NCBI GenBank assembly: GCA_963817915.1
Contig: CAWFQL010000017.1
Coordinates: 276,308-340,307, forward strand
Source of the DNA: an uncultured candidate division Zixibacteria bacterium
Lineage (GTDB): Bacteria > Zixibacteria > MSB-5A5 > UBA10806
Reading direction: 5' to 3'
DNA: 64,000 nt
This document shows, in pieces, positions 1 to 11,916 of this stretch. Both the position numbers and the translations under genes were made by a program. The notes under the pieces are model-generated. The model was not told the origin of the DNA and did not search any database. It saw nothing but the letters and a program-made list of their open reading frames with translations. Numbering within the stretch: position 1 is the stretch's first letter; each line of letters starts with the position of its first letter.

Positions 1-1926
1 CAACGATTCGCCCACCTGGACAGTCTTCCTCCGCCAACTCTACTTAATACCCAAGCCATATTTGATTGGAGATTGCTCAATGGCGTAACTCCGGTCAAGG
101 ATCAAGGTCAATGCGGGTCATGCTGGGATTTCGCGGGTACAGGCGCATTTGAAGCGGCTTATCTTCTTGCCGAAGGTGTAGTAGCGGATTTTTCGGAGCA
201 GCAGGTTTTATCCTGCAATGGTGGTGGATCCAGCTGCAGCGGCGGATGGATGCAAGACGCATATCTGGTTTATATGAACTATGGTGCCATAGACGAAACC
301 AACATGCCATATCAGGGATCGGACGATGTTCCCTGTCTTCAATATCAATATGACCCTATTGCGACTCTTGAAGGATTTGAAGATATACCAAATAATGTTA
401 ATTCGATCAAGAATGCGCTGTTGAGCGGACCGCTTTCCACAACTTACACCGTGTATGATGATTTCTATGGCTATAGTGAAGGATGCTATGATCATTCAAG
501 CGGCGATAATATTAATCACGCAGTCGTCATTGTCGGTTGGGACGATAATATGTGCGATGGCGAGGGTGCCTGGATTGTAAAAAATAGCTGGGGCCCGGCC
601 TGGGGATTAGACGGATATTTTTATATAAAATATGGAGCGGCGCGTATTGGAAGCTATACCCAGCGTCCTATTTATGGCGTTCAGGGTGTGCCTGTCATGG
701 CGGTATCGGTTGATACGCTTGCGGATGGTTCATACGTTCCGATTGAAGAATTTTTGCCACAAAATAATTCAAGCATCAGAACCGTCCAATTATCCAATAT
801 TGGGGACGGCAATCTATTCTATCGTACTACTGCGATGCCTCCGCCCGATCAGGATGAATTTGGATATTACTGGCGCGATTCCAATATGTCGGATGGTCCG
901 ACATTTAATTGGATCGATATCACTAGCATCGGCCAGCCAATTAGCTTCCCATATGACCAGGATAATGGTAATTCCGGGACAAAGTATCTGGGATTCAGTT
1001 TTAATTATTATGGTAGGTCTGTGAATCGTCTGAGATTCTGCGTAAACGGCTGGGCAACATTCATGAACGCGATTTTCTATAATTGGGAAAATATGCCGAT
1101 TCCCGATCAATCGTACCCCAACGATCTTATGGCGCCCTGGTGGGATGATTTGACATTGGAATACGGCGGCCAGATCTTTTATTACACCAATAACGCCGAT
1201 ACCGCGATAATATCATGGAATGGTATTTCAGATACCCGTAGAGCAGGAACCTATACATTCCAGATTATTTTGGTAGCGCCGTCGACAATCAAATTCCAAT
1301 ATCTCAATATGGGCCCTGGTCGTCTCAATGAGGCTACTGTGGGTATCGAGAACCGCGAGGGTACTACCGGTCTGCAAATGGCTTACAATTCCAGCTATAT
1401 GCATGATTCACTGGCCACGCAATTCTATCTTGGAGCTCATGTAATTTCCGAATGGCTTTCTATTAGCCCTGCCTCTGGGAATATTTTCGGAGGAACCTCC
1501 GCGCCGATAAATATCAATTTTGCATCGGGCGATCTTCCCTCCGGGGCTTATCAGGCATCCTTGAAAATTCTAACCAATGACCAGGATAATATTACGACTA
1601 TAATTCCCATAACTTTGCATGTCGGGTTAGTTGGAATAGATGAAAAGTCAATCGAAATGCCGGCAAAATTTGGGCTAAGATCAGTTTATCCCAATCCATT
1701 TAATCCTTCCACCAACATAAGTTATAGCCTTTCGGCCGCTGGTCGTGTGCGATTGGACATATATAACCTCTTGGGACAAAACGTAGCCAATTTATTCGAT
1801 GATTACCAGCAGGCTGGCGAGCATGTTATAACTTGGAATGCAGAACGATATGGATCGGGTGTATATTTCGTTAAATTATCCGATGGTCAAAAAACATCAA
1901 CTTCAAGACTGCTATTCCTGAAATAG
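1..1926 (+). CDS. Papain-family (C1A) cysteine peptidase with C-terminal T9SS sorting domain; 5' end lies upstream of the window (frame is open back to nt 1)
   Basis: Catalytic Cys motif QGQCGSCWDF, His motif NHAVVIVGWD and Asn motif NSWGPAWG are present. The upstream in-frame translation reads ...IFDWRLLNGVTPVKDQ, typical of C1 propeptide/mature junctions. The C-terminus YPNPFNPSTNISYSL...VYFVKL is a Por/T9SS CTD. Confidence 0.85.
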   Translation, partial: QRFAHLDSLPPPTLLNTQAIFDWRLLNGVTPVKDQGQCGSCWDFAGTGAFEAAYLLAEGVVADFSEQQVLSCNGGGSSCSGGWMQDAYLVYMNYGAIDETNMPYQGSDDVPCLQYQYDPIATLEGFEDIPNNVNSIKNALLSGPLSTTYTVYDDFYGYSEGCYDHSSGDNINHAVVIVGWDDNMCDGEGAWIVKNSWGPAWGLDGYFYIKYGAARIGSYTQRPIYGVQGVPVMAVSVDTLADGSYVPIEEFLPQNNSSIRTVQLSNIGDGNLFYRTTAMPPPDQDEFGYYWRDSNMSDGPTFNWIDITSIGQPISFPYDQDNGNSGTKYLGFSFNYYGRSVNRLRFCVNGWATFMNAIFYNWENMPIPDQSYPNDLMAPWWDDLTLEYGGQIFYYTNNADTAIISWNGISDTRRAGTYTFQIILVAPSTIKFQYLNMGPGRLNEATVGIENREGTTGLQMAYNSSYMHDSLATQFYLGAHVISEWLSISPASGNIFGGTSAPININFASGDLPSGAYQASLKILTNDQDNITTIIPITLHVGLVGIDEKSIEMPAKFGLRSVYPNPFNPSTNISYSLSAAGRVRLDIYNLLGQNVANLFDDYQQAGEHVITWNAERYGSGVYFVKLSDGQKTSTSRLLFLK

Positions 1927-1951
1927 CCTGACTATACATTTTCGAAATTTG

Positions 1952-1979
1952 CAGGGCGTTCACAAGGACGCCCTTTTTC
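1952..1979 (+). terminator. Rho-independent terminator (GC stem gggcgt/acgccc followed by a T5 run)
   Basis: Hairpin agggcgttcacaaggacgccc followed by ttttt, directly after the stop of the C1 peptidase. Confidence 0.6.
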
Positions 1980-2197
1980 GTTTTTATGAATTAAATTACC
2001 TGTTAAATATAATTTGGAAAAATTGCATATTTAATTATATTGATTTCGCATGAGTTAATTGGAGATGCCGACAGGTACTGCCTGTTTAGGGCAGGATTAC
2101 GAACAAAGGCAGAAATATGCCTGTTATTGAATCGCACATAATATCATATTTAAAGTACAAATTCTATCTGATTTGAATAATTAAATTGGAGGATAAA

Positions 2198-4957
2198 ATG
2201 AGAAAAATGCTAATGATTTTTTCCGCAATCGCGCTGTTTTATGGCGGAATAGCTTTCGGGTCGGACGGCAAGCAGTCAATGGAATTTTCCAATTCCAATG
2301 GATTGAAGTCTGTCAGGATAGTTACACCCAACGAAGGGTACAGCCAGACGGCATTTGATCGTCAATTGCCGATTCGAAATCCCCATATACTGTCACAGGT
2401 TGTTTGGGTTGATCGCAATCATGAAAACGCGATAGCTAACGACGTCGCTGTCAGCCCCGATGGCGCGAGCATATTTGCGGGGTGGTGGCTGAATAATATG
2501 CGTTTTGCGTCCTATGTTTCAGCTGGTTTGGATGCGCCGCTCTGGCGTTATAATGTAACCACTCAATGGCAAATGCCGGTCAGCGCCAGGGCAAATAAAT
2601 ATGCAGGCACGGGATCGAGTTTGCCTGCATTGGCCTGGGGGAACGATTCACCACTGTATCAAAATTCATTTAATTATGATGCTGGCTATATAGGAGCAAG
2701 CGTATCTCTTTCAGGGAATGGAGAGCTATTGGCAGCGGCATCTTGGATTAGCGCGGATGACGCCATTCTCACGGTATACGATCTGGGTTCCAGTGACACT
2801 ATATTTGTGCGCCATTTCGTGCCGACTCAAGGGCTTCAGGGAGTCGATTTTTCGCGTGATGGATCGAGAGTATTGGTCACGAACTACGGCGGGCTGTTGG
2901 TTTACAGTGTCCCTAATGGCGACCTGCTTGGCCAGCTTCCGAATTATTCCCAGACAATCGCGAAAATTTCGGGCGATGGAAATCATGTCGTAAGCGGATC
3001 ATTTACAGGAGCCGTGGAATATTATAATTGGGATGGCTCTTCCTATGTAAGAAGATGGATAAGAGCTACCGGTCATGATTGGGTGACTGCAGTAGCTATA
3101 TCGGCTGACGGATCTACATTCGCCTGTGGAACATTGGATTTCGTAAATGGTCAAATCGCTGGCGGAAAATTCGAAATGTGGGATGCGTCGAATGGGAATA
3201 CCCTTATCGATTATCGGGATTACGGCGACGAGGTCGGATCGGTGGCGCTCTCAGCCGATGGCCGTTATGCGATTGCTGGCTGCTGGGGTGCTTATGCCAG
3301 AACTTATGGCGATGTCGTTACAGTATTTATACGTGATACCGATGTCCCGATATTTCAATTGCTTGATGATATAGACGAACCCGGTTCGATTTTTGGAGTA
3401 GCTATCTCCGATTCAGGCAACTACGCGGCCGCCGGTGGAAAAGCAGTTCATGCCAGAGATTGGGGCAATGGCGGCATGCTTTATTCTATAAAAATCAATG
3501 ATCCGGTTCAGCATGATGTTGCAGTATCATCAATCGATGCTCCCGGAGAATTAGTAAATCCCGGCGATACTTTTTCACCAACTGCCACATTCATTAATGT
3601 GGGATTGGAAACGGAGAGCTTCACCGCGAACTGCAAAATCACCGATATGGGACTCGATACGATAATTTATGAATCGTCATATAATATCAACAGCCTGATG
3701 TCATTCGGAACAAGTCAGGTTTATTTCGAGCCGCCATTCACTCTTCAAAGAAGTGGAAGATACAGGATTGATTTTTCCGCGCTTCTTCCGACAGATATGG
3801 ACACTGCCAATAATACACTGTCGCTGACATTTAGAAGCTGGCACGATATAAAGGCCATTTCAGTAACCAATCCTTTCAATGAAGCCACTGTCAATTGGTC
3901 AGGAATACCCTCCGCGATTTTCAAGAATTTCGGTTCTTATGATGAATCAGTCGACGTCACTCTCTCGATATTTGACTCGACCGGAATCGAAGTGTATACG
4001 TCGATAGCTAATATTTTTGGCCTGAGTCCTTACGCGTCGGAAGAGGTTCACTTTGATCCTTGGATTCCCGATCTAATTGGTACTTTTAGAGCGGTTTTTA
4101 ACGCTGAAGTGCCCGATGACGCGTCTCCAGAAGATAATACGATAACCAAATACATCTCCGCTGTTCAGGAGATGATGTATGACGATGGCCAATTTGACGC
4201 GACATACTGGGTGGGGTCGTATCCTGACGCCGACAATCGCAAGTTTCTCCAGGTTTTTGATCCGAATGTTTCGGCTCCGTTCACAATTGAGAATGTCAGA
4301 TTTTACCAGCCGCCTACCGCCTACGACGGCTATCTCGATTACCTGGCCATAGCTCTTGATGTAAACGATTTACCGGATACATTGGATTATCTTGCGAAGA
4401 TACCTTTTCCGGAGCTCGCAGGACCGGGACAATGGTCAGGCACTGATCTGAATGTTCATGTTCAGGAGTCGACACCCTTATGGGTAATTTTACATTGGCC
4501 GGATGAACCACTGAATGGGCCGTTTATAGGTGCCGATGCTACCGGATTGATAAATTGTAAATCATGGTGGTTTTCGAACACCGGCGGTTACAATAGCTGG
4601 CCATTTAATGATTGGATGATTCGCATGACCCTGCAAAGCGCAACCGGAGTGGAATCCGATTATCTCAGCGGCCTGCCGAATAAGATATCTCTAATGCAAA
4701 ATTACCCCAATCCATTCAATCCAACCACTACTATCAAATTTGCTATGCCGGTCCCCGGAAATGCCAGGATCGAGATCTTTAATTCTCTGGGCCAGAGAGT
4801 AAAATTACTCGCCGATTCTCATTTTGACACAGGATATCATTCTATTGTCTGGGATGGTAAAAACGACGTGGGAATCAGTGTTTCGTCCGGTATGTATTAT
4901 TATCGCCTGACTGCTGGCGACGCGAATATTTCCAGAAAAATGCTGATGCTAAAATAA
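2198..4957 (+). CDS. Secreted PD40/WD40-like beta-propeller repeat protein with CARDB-like domains and T9SS C-terminal sorting domain
   Basis: GGAGGA RBS 5 nt before the ATG at 2198, followed by a signal peptide. About seven repeats of the form VAxSxDGxxxxxG (VAVSPDGASIFAG, VDFSRDGSRVLVT, VAISADGSTFACG, VALSADGRYAIAG and others). CARDB-like segment DVAVSSIDAPGELVNPGDTF. C-terminus NYPNPFNPTTTIKFAMP...YYYRL is a T9SS CTD. Confidence 0.7.
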   Translation: MRKMLMIFSAIALFYGGIAFGSDGKQSMEFSNSNGLKSVRIVTPNEGYSQTAFDRQLPIRNPHILSQVVWVDRNHENAIANDVAVSPDGASIFAGWWLNNMRFASYVSAGLDAPLWRYNVTTQWQMPVSARANKYAGTGSSLPALAWGNDSPLYQNSFNYDAGYIGASVSLSGNGELLAAASWISADDAILTVYDLGSSDTIFVRHFVPTQGLQGVDFSRDGSRVLVTNYGGLLVYSVPNGDLLGQLPNYSQTIAKISGDGNHVVSGSFTGAVEYYNWDGSSYVRRWIRATGHDWVTAVAISADGSTFACGTLDFVNGQIAGGKFEMWDASNGNTLIDYRDYGDEVGSVALSADGRYAIAGCWGAYARTYGDVVTVFIRDTDVPIFQLLDDIDEPGSIFGVAISDSGNYAAAGGKAVHARDWGNGGMLYSIKINDPVQHDVAVSSIDAPGELVNPGDTFSPTATFINVGLETESFTANCKITDMGLDTIIYESSYNINSLMSFGTSQVYFEPPFTLQRSGRYRIDFSALLPTDMDTANNTLSLTFRSWHDIKAISVTNPFNEATVNWSGIPSAIFKNFGSYDESVDVTLSIFDSTGIEVYTSIANIFGLSPYASEEVHFDPWIPDLIGTFRAVFNAEVPDDASPEDNTITKYISAVQEMMYDDGQFDATYWVGSYPDADNRKFLQVFDPNVSAPFTIENVRFYQPPTAYDGYLDYLAIALDVNDLPDTLDYLAKIPFPELAGPGQWSGTDLNVHVQESTPLWVILHWPDEPLNGPFIGADATGLINCKSWWFSNTGGYNSWPFNDWMIRMTLQSATGVESDYLSGLPNKISLMQNYPNPFNPTTTIKFAMPVPGNARIEIFNSLGQRVKLLADSHFDTGYHSIVWDGKNDVGISVSSGMYYYRLTAGDANISRKMLMLK

Positions 4958-5001
4958 GATCAAACACTGATTTTCGATTAATTGGAGCAATTGAAATTGA
5001 A

Positions 5002-5031
5002 AAGGCGACATTAAGCGATGTCGCCTTTTTC
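5002..5031 (+). terminator. Rho-independent terminator
   Basis: aggcgacattaagcgatgtcgcc hairpin followed by ttttt. Confidence 0.6.
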
Positions 5032-5131
5032 ATTGAAATTACTCGTTTGAAAGCTTTTTGATTGCATATATTTCCGCTATAACTTATAAGTAATTCCGAT
5101 GAAAATTAGCCCGATACACGTATCATCAAAT

Positions 5132-8100
5132 ATGAGGTGGTTGCTTAGAGGGGTTCTGTGGGTATTATTTTGCCTGCCATTTTCGGCGAATGCTCAGGAT
5201 AAGACTGGTCCGTTAGTTCTCGAGCACGCTGATCGCTTGCTTTCCAGCGGCACAAATGGTGACATAGTTAATCTAATCGGCAACGTTCATCTTTCGCATG
5301 AGGGAGTTGATCTATACAGCAGCAGGGCAACCTGGTACAGGCTTGCCGGGCTCGTGCAATTTATCGATTCGGTAAAAGTAATAGACGAAAATCGCGTAAT
5401 CACCGCGCATTCCATGACCTACTATCGACGTGATAGAAGAGTGACGGCCATGGGCGATGTCAAAATCGATGATTCCAAACAAAAAGTTCAGCTTTGGGGC
5501 GATAAAGTCGATTATTATAGACTTTCCAAGCAGATGGAAGCCACCGGTCATCCTCATTTGATCATAAATCCGGAAGACGATTCCGCCAGAATGGATATCA
5601 AAAGCCTGAGAATGCAATATTTCGATCAGGACAGTAAAGGGATCGCCTATGATTCGGTAGTCATTACCCGCCGGGATATCGTAGCCAGGGCAGGGCAGGC
5701 TATTTTTTACAGAGAACCGGAAGGAGCGGTTTTATACAAGGACCCATCCTTGACGCAAAGTGAAAACAAACTTACCGGCGATACAATTTCTATTTATACG
5801 AAGGATAAAAAAATCGACAGGCTCCTGGTGATTGGAAATGCCAAAGCAGTCTATAAGACTCAGCCTGATACTCTGGTCGAGGCCTATACCACCGCGGAAT
5901 TGACGGGCAAAGAACTTGAAGCTTTTTTCTTCAATGAGAAAATCGATAAGGTAGTTACCAGAAAGAACGCGATCAGTGTCTATACGCCGGCTATCACGGA
6001 TACGCTAACGACCGGCACCAATACGGCTTCGGGGGATTCGATTACATTATATTTCGTGAAAAGCTCGATCAAACGAGTATTTATTTCTGGCGGGGCAGAG
6101 GGTCAGTATGCTGAGACCAAAGCAGATTCTCTTGGTAAAGCGCATGTCGATACTACCTATTATTCAGGCAATACAATCGATTATGACATGGATAAGTCCG
6201 AAATAAATCTTCTCGGCAGCGGGTCACTTAAATATCAGGAAATGGCGCTGACCGCGGGAGATATTCGATATAAAACAGATACGAAAATACTGACTGCCAA
6301 AGGTATTGAAAGCGATACCGGAAAAGCGAAGGAGCCTCCCATATTGAAGCAAGGGAGCGAGCAGCTCGATGGCCAGCGAATGACTTATAACTTGAATACA
6401 AGAAAAGGTCAGGTCAGGATGGCTCGCACCAAATACGACAGCGGATTTTACACGGGTGCCACTATCAGAGAAGTCACGAACAAAGAATTATTAGTGTCTT
6501 CCGGTACCTATACTTCATGCGATTTGGAGGAGGGGCCTCATTATCATTTCTATAGCACCAAGATGAAGATGATAAATAAGAATAAGGTCGTGGCAAGACC
6601 TGTCGTAATGTTTATCGGGCAACTGCCGGTATTCGCGATTCCATATTATGTTTTTCCAGTTAAAAAGGGACGGCATTCGGGTTTCACTTCATTCGAATTC
6701 GGTGATTTACGAAATAAACAACGGTATATAAGAAATGTCGGCTATTATTGGGCGGCGTCGCAGTACTGGGACACGCAAGCTCAAATAGATTACTACGAAA
6801 ATGTGAGGACAATTTTCAGGTATGATATCGCGTTTGTCCTGCGTGACAAGATAAATAGTCACATCAACGCCGAATATGATCACGAAGCCAACTGGCAAAA
6901 TTATAGCCAGAGGATAAGAAAACGATGGAAGATCGACTATTTTCATTCTCAGAAAATCAATAAATCATTAAGTCTCTCGGGTTCGGGCAGTTTCGTTTCG
7001 GACAAAAACTATATTGCTGATAATATCCTTGATCCTTCGCAAAGACTCGAAAGGACTATCCGTTCCACTGGAAGCCTTTTTAAACGTTGGGACTCTGCAG
7101 CACTAAATATAGGTTTCAATAACACTTGGAATCTTGATACTGGCGTCAAGGTGGCAGTGCTGCCTTCATTTAGCTTTTCGAAAAACCAATTTCAAATTTT
7201 CCCTGAAAAAGGCAAAACAACTAAAAAGAAAAGAGTCAGGCCAGGAGAAGAAACTGAAGAAGCTATCGTAAGATTTTACAATAAAACAATGCTGCAATTC
7301 ACAATCGATGGACAGAATCTACGGCAGACACTTCGGACAATTGGCATTTCAGATACGACATATTACCATAAAAATTATCAGTACATCAATACCGGTGCGT
7401 TGATTAACAGCCCGCAAAACATATCAAAGTATTTGACAGTCACGCCGGGTATTACTCTTGGCCAAACTTTATATAGGTTGGAACCCAATACCAAAGTCGA
7501 TAGTCTCGGCTTGAAAGCAAAATATATCGCAACTCGGGAAACTTATAGCCTCACACTTGATAGCAGAACTACGATGTATGGCACTGTAAATCCTAATATT
7601 TTCGGACTTATCGGACTTCGCCATGTAATGAGCCCATCAATAGGATATCGTTTTACTCCTGAGACAAAGAAGAATCAAGGATATTACTCGTATACTGGAG
7701 TCGGCGTAGCATCTGGCCGTTCCAAATCGCTAACATATTTGCTGGGCAATCAATTTCAGGCTAAATACAAATCAGGAGAAACAGAAAAGAAAATTGATTT
7801 GTTCAGGCTCACATTTAGTACCGGATATTCTTTTACTGCTTTGACCCGCAGAATTGCGCCGCTCTCTACGTCTCTTGAGTCTAATTCTATTCCTAAACTT
7901 AATGTCTCATTTCGTTCTACACATGACTTTTACAATGAAGATGACAGCCGCAGATCATTATTACGTCCTCGCCTTGACAAGTATGTCAATCACAACCGGC
8001 ACCGAATTCAAGTACCACCCGGGGACAAAATCGGAGAATGAAGGCGCCGCACCCGAGAAAGAATCGCCAAATATAACGGCATTTCCTTCCAAAAAGCAGG

Positions 8101-8444
8101 GCGAAGATATGTCGAATATCGGTCTTGATGTTAAATTAACCCATTATTATTCTTGGAATAGAGTTGGGAAAAATATAAGCAAGATACAATGGATCGGAGT
8201 GGGCATTTCGCTTCAGCCAACTACCCGCTGGAAGGTCAGCTATAATTTCCAGTATGATATTCAAAATAAAATAATGACATCGGGAACAGTGAATGTCACG
8301 CGAGACATGCATTGCTGGCAGGGAATGCTGGTCTGGGTCCCGTCGGGTGTAACTGCCGGTTATTATGTGCGAATTTATATAAAAGCAATACCTGATATCA
8401 AAGTAGAATCTACGCAGGGCGGCCTCAGGGGCCAATATTATTAG
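5132..8444 (+). CDS. lptD: LPS-assembly outer-membrane protein LptD (OstA family), interrupted by an apparent +1 frameshift around 7900-8040
   Basis: Signal peptide MRWLLRGVLWVLFCLPFSANA, then an OstA-like N-terminal domain (LVLEHADRLL...NLIGNVHLSHEGVDLYSSRATWY). A long beta-rich body runs in frame 2 to 8041. The C-terminal barrel strands continue in frame 0 (7854..8444: ...KVSYNFQYDIQNK...GYYVRIYIKAIPDIKVE). Confidence 0.6.
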
Positions 8445-8523
8445 TCGTTTCCTCGTAGATTATATTGACATTATGATTCTTATGGCATAAAAATCCAATA
8501 TAGTATTGGGATTGGAGCGAAAT

Positions 8524-8796
8524 ATGACCAAGAGTCAATTAATCGATTTGATCGCGAAGGATGCCGGGATTTCGAAGGCGCAATCCAGCAAAGCATTGAA
8601 TTCCATGCTTGCGAATGTGACCAGGAGCCTTCGAAAAGGCAGCAGTGTTTCATTCATCGGTTTCGGATCATTTGATGTCAAGCGACGGAAGGCATTCATC
8701 GGGCGAAATCCGCGAACCGGCGAAGCGATAAATATCCCGGCAACGAAATCTCCGAGATTCCGGCCCGGCAAAAATCTGCGCGACGCGATCAGATGA
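8524..8796 (+). CDS. hup: HU/IHF-family histone-like DNA-binding protein
   Basis: MTKSQLIDLIAKDAGISKAQ...FIGFGSF.VKRR.A..GRNPRTGE.I.IPA...P.F.PGK matches the HU fold signature over ~90 aa. Confidence 0.85.
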   Translation: MTKSQLIDLIAKDAGISKAQSSKALNSMLANVTRSLRKGSSVSFIGFGSFDVKRRKAFIGRNPRTGEAINIPATKSPRFRPGKNLRDAIR

Positions 8797-8926
8797 ATCT
8801 ACAATCGAATTCTTCCTATAATATCAGATGCTCTTTAGTGATTTTATCATAAAAACTCTTGCATAAATTTCAATATTGACCGATATAATAGTTGCAGAGC
8901 ATTTTTGGGGAATTAGATTGTTTAAG

Positions 8927-11224
8927 ATGAAGCTTTTAAAGGAATTAGAGAAAGACACCAGGGACAAGATATTGGGGCTGCTCTTTGTGGCTCTTGCCCT
9001 TCTCCTTTTCATCAGCCTGCTCACCTACGATTTTACTGAAGATCACGTTAATCTACAGGCGGCCCTCAATGGCGGTTCGCTTACCGATGTCATGGGGACA
9101 TTGCATAATAGCGGAGGCCTGGTTGGAGCTCTTATAGCCTATTTTCTATTTTCTATCTTCGGATTTTGTGCCATAGCTGTTCCGATATCGCTGTCTGCAT
9201 GGGGTGTAAATCGCTTTTTCGCGAAACCATCAACCGCGCAAGTGCGAAAATGGACGTTAATAATCGGCGGATTTATGCTGGCATTGATGACGCTCATTTC
9301 GCTTCCTCATGGCCAGGATTCGCTTGCCGGGCTTGGGGTAACATTTGGAGGAATTATAGGCCACGCCATCGCGTCTTTGCTCCTGACAATGTTCGGCGCG
9401 GTGTTCTCGTATACGCTGGTAATCTCGTCAATTATAACCGGATTAATGTTGGTTATTCCTTCGGCAATGAGCAAATGGAGCAACAAAGCGGCAATAGTCG
9501 CTCGGACTATTTATTCCAAAATTGCCATTGCGATAAAGTCCCAAAAGAAGATCAAGACAACAGTAATGACTGAGAAGGCGGTATCGGTTGACAGTTCTTC
9601 CCATGAGAAGAAAGGTTTATTGAGAAAGCTCATCTTCATCAAGAAGAAAACGCCTGCCGTTGAAAACATCGCGGCCGATGCAGCGCAGCCGACTATTCAG
9701 GAAGAAGAGGCCTCTTCTAATACTACAGATGATATCTCTCAAATGATCAAGGACAAGAAGGTGGTCAACCGTATCAAGCCGAAAATAACCCAACAGGCGA
9801 TCGGTTTGTATCATCTTCCAACCGTAGATCTTTTGGATGATCCCCCCGATGGCGGACCTGCAATCGATGAATCGTATTATCGAAAAACTGCGGAAGCGTT
9901 GAGACATACATTGCTGACATTCGGGGTCGAGATAGAGGGGGGAGAAGTAAATATATTCCCCGGCCCGATTATCACTCGATTTGAATTCAAGCCCGCCAGC
10001 GGTATTAAGGTTGCCCAAATCGTGAATCTTGCCGATGATCTGGCGCTATCGATGCAGGCGGAACGTATTAGAATTGTCGCGCCGATTCCGGGAAAACCGG
10101 CGGTTGGCGTGGAAATTCCCAATAAAGTTAAACGCGGAATTTTCGTTAAGGAAATTCTATCATCGAAGGCATTTAAGGAATCCGATTCCAAGCTGTTGAT
10201 AGCGTTAGGGAAGACTATTTCCGGCGAATCGTACTGCGCCGATCTGGCAAAAATGCCTCACCTGCTTATCGCCGGTTCGACCGGCTCAGGAAAATCGGTC
10301 TGCCTTAATTGTATTATCACGAGCCTGATCTTCAGGCTTCATCCGGATGAAATCAGATTTATATTGATCGATCCCAAGCGACTTGAGCTTTCAATTTATG
10401 ACGGCCTGCCCCATCTGGAAAAGCCGGTTGTTACCGAAATGAAAGATGCCGAAAAGCTCTTAACTGATGCGGTACTTGAAATGGAGAATCGTTATAGAAA
10501 ATTGGCGCGGGCTGGAGTGCGCAATATCACCGAATACAATCATAAAGAAAAAGAGGTTCTGCCGTATCTTGTGATTATAGTCGACGAGTTGGCGGATTTA
10601 ATGATGACAGGCTCTAACCGGGTCGAATCATTGATCACTCGATTAGCGCAAATGGCGCGCGCGGTGGGAATTCATCTGATACTTGCCACTCAGAGGCCAT
10701 CGGTCGATGTCATCACCGGATTGATTAAGGCCAATTTCTCTTCCCGAATAGCATTTCAGACAGCCTCGAAGGTCGATTCCAGAACAATTCTTGACGCAAA
10801 CGGTGCAGAAAAGCTTTTGGGCCGCGGCGATATGCTCTTCTCAAGCCCGGGTTTCCCGGAAGCCATGAGGATACATGGTGCATATATATCCGGCGGGGAA
10901 ACAGAACGATTAGTCGATTATATCAGCCAGCAGGAATATCGAACCCGGCCAATTGAGACATTCGAAAAAAGCCTTTCCGATACGATTCCAGGATTCGATC
11001 CGGCATCCGATCCGCTATTCAATGAAGCAATCGAATTGGTTATCCGACACAAGCAAGGTTCGGTTTCACTGTTGCAGAGACGATTGGGTGTTGGATACCA
11101 ACGAGCGGCACGGCTGATAGATCAACTCGAACAGGCGGGGGTCGTTGGGCCCTATGACGGCAGCAAAGCACGCGAAGTGCTGGTCGATGAAACCTATCTC
11201 AGTTCAAGAGAGAAGCGAAGTTGA
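8927..11224 (+). CDS. ftsK: DNA translocase FtsK/SpoIIIE
   Basis: N-terminal membrane domain; Walker A GSTGSGKSV; Walker B VIIVDELADLMM; C-terminal gamma (winged-helix) domain SLLQRRLGVGYQRAARLIDQLEQAGVVGP. Confidence 0.9.
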   Translation: MKLLKELEKDTRDKILGLLFVALALLLFISLLTYDFTEDHVNLQAALNGGSLTDVMGTLHNSGGLVGALIAYFLFSIFGFCAIAVPISLSAWGVNRFFAKPSTAQVRKWTLIIGGFMLALMTLISLPHGQDSLAGLGVTFGGIIGHAIASLLLTMFGAVFSYTLVISSIITGLMLVIPSAMSKWSNKAAIVARTIYSKIAIAIKSQKKIKTTVMTEKAVSVDSSSHEKKGLLRKLIFIKKKTPAVENIAADAAQPTIQEEEASSNTTDDISQMIKDKKVVNRIKPKITQQAIGLYHLPTVDLLDDPPDGGPAIDESYYRKTAEALRHTLLTFGVEIEGGEVNIFPGPIITRFEFKPASGIKVAQIVNLADDLALSMQAERIRIVAPIPGKPAVGVEIPNKVKRGIFVKEILSSKAFKESDSKLLIALGKTISGESYCADLAKMPHLLIAGSTGSGKSVCLNCIITSLIFRLHPDEIRFILIDPKRLELSIYDGLPHLEKPVVTEMKDAEKLLTDAVLEMENRYRKLARAGVRNITEYNHKEKEVLPYLVIIVDELADLMMTGSNRVESLITRLAQMARAVGIHLILATQRPSVDVITGLIKANFSSRIAFQTASKVDSRTILDANGAEKLLGRGDMLFSSPGFPEAMRIHGAYISGGETERLVDYISQQEYRTRPIETFEKSLSDTIPGFDPASDPLFNEAIELVIRHKQGSVSLLQRRLGVGYQRAARLIDQLEQAGVVGPYDGSKAREVLVDETYLSSREKRS

Positions 11225-11805
11225 GTTTTTTTCTAGCCCTAATAGTTTTTATAAATTCTCCCGATTCCACAGCTTTTGATAAAATTGCGCGTCTGTATTC
11301 ATCCGCTTCGGGAATTTCCTGGACAATTCAATCGATTACGAATTCAACTGTTTTTGAAGAATCGGATACATCCGAAGTCATTTTCAAATTTAACCCGCCT
11401 GATACCATATATATGAAAAGCGAAGTCGAGGAAATAATCGGTATCGGCGACACTCTCTGGACGATGTCGAAAAAAAATAAGCAGATCCAGAAAAAACTGA
11501 TGGGCGATTTCGTGATGCCGTCGGATTTGATAATCGGTTGGGATAGACAGTATGAATTGGCAAAAGTTACCGCAAACGACGGCACTCGTGAATTTCAGCT
11601 AATGGGGAAAAAGGGAGTATTCCCGTCGGAGGTTCGTATAGTCGCGAATCCGGAAAATAAAATAGTAAAAATATTGTACAAGAATTCAGCAGGCGACGAT
11701 GTCACTTTAACCGTAAAAAAAGAAAAACTCAAGCATTCCAATGATATTAGTTATTTTTATAAAAATATTCCACCTGGATATAAATTCTTAGACATTATCG
11801 AATAA
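11221..11805 (+). CDS. LolA-like outer-membrane lipoprotein carrier / lipoprotein-sorting protein (tentative)
   Basis: ATGA-type 4-nt overlap with the ftsK stop, and the classic ftsK-lolA order. ~190-aa secreted protein with weak LolA-like motifs (DTLWTMSKKNKQIQ). The call rests mainly on size and synteny. Confidence 0.35.
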   Translation: MSFFLALIVFINSPDSTAFDKIARLYSSASGISWTIQSITNSTVFEESDTSEVIFKFNPPDTIYMKSEVEEIIGIGDTLWTMSKKNKQIQKKLMGDFVMPSDLIIGWDRQYELAKVTANDGTREFQLMGKKGVFPSEVRIVANPENKIVKILYKNSAGDDVTLTVKKEKLKHSNDISYFYKNIPPGYKFLDIIE

Positions 11806-11916
11806 GCAAAAAAATAAATCCATATTTTCTTATCTATTGGCGCTTTAAATGCGTATATTGTTGTATATGTCCGGCCGCTGATTAATTATAGGCCTCGAAT
11901 TTATTGGAAGGATATT

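Noticed and set aside
7854-8444. 196-aa ORF called as a separate gene
   Set aside because: Its conserved part is the C-terminal beta-barrel of LptD continuing after a frameshift; it is not an independent gene.
9166-10191. Several 100-135-aa ORFs on both strands inside ftsK
   Set aside because: They are fully nested within a strongly conserved FtsK reading frame with no independent signals. Typical spurious ORFs.
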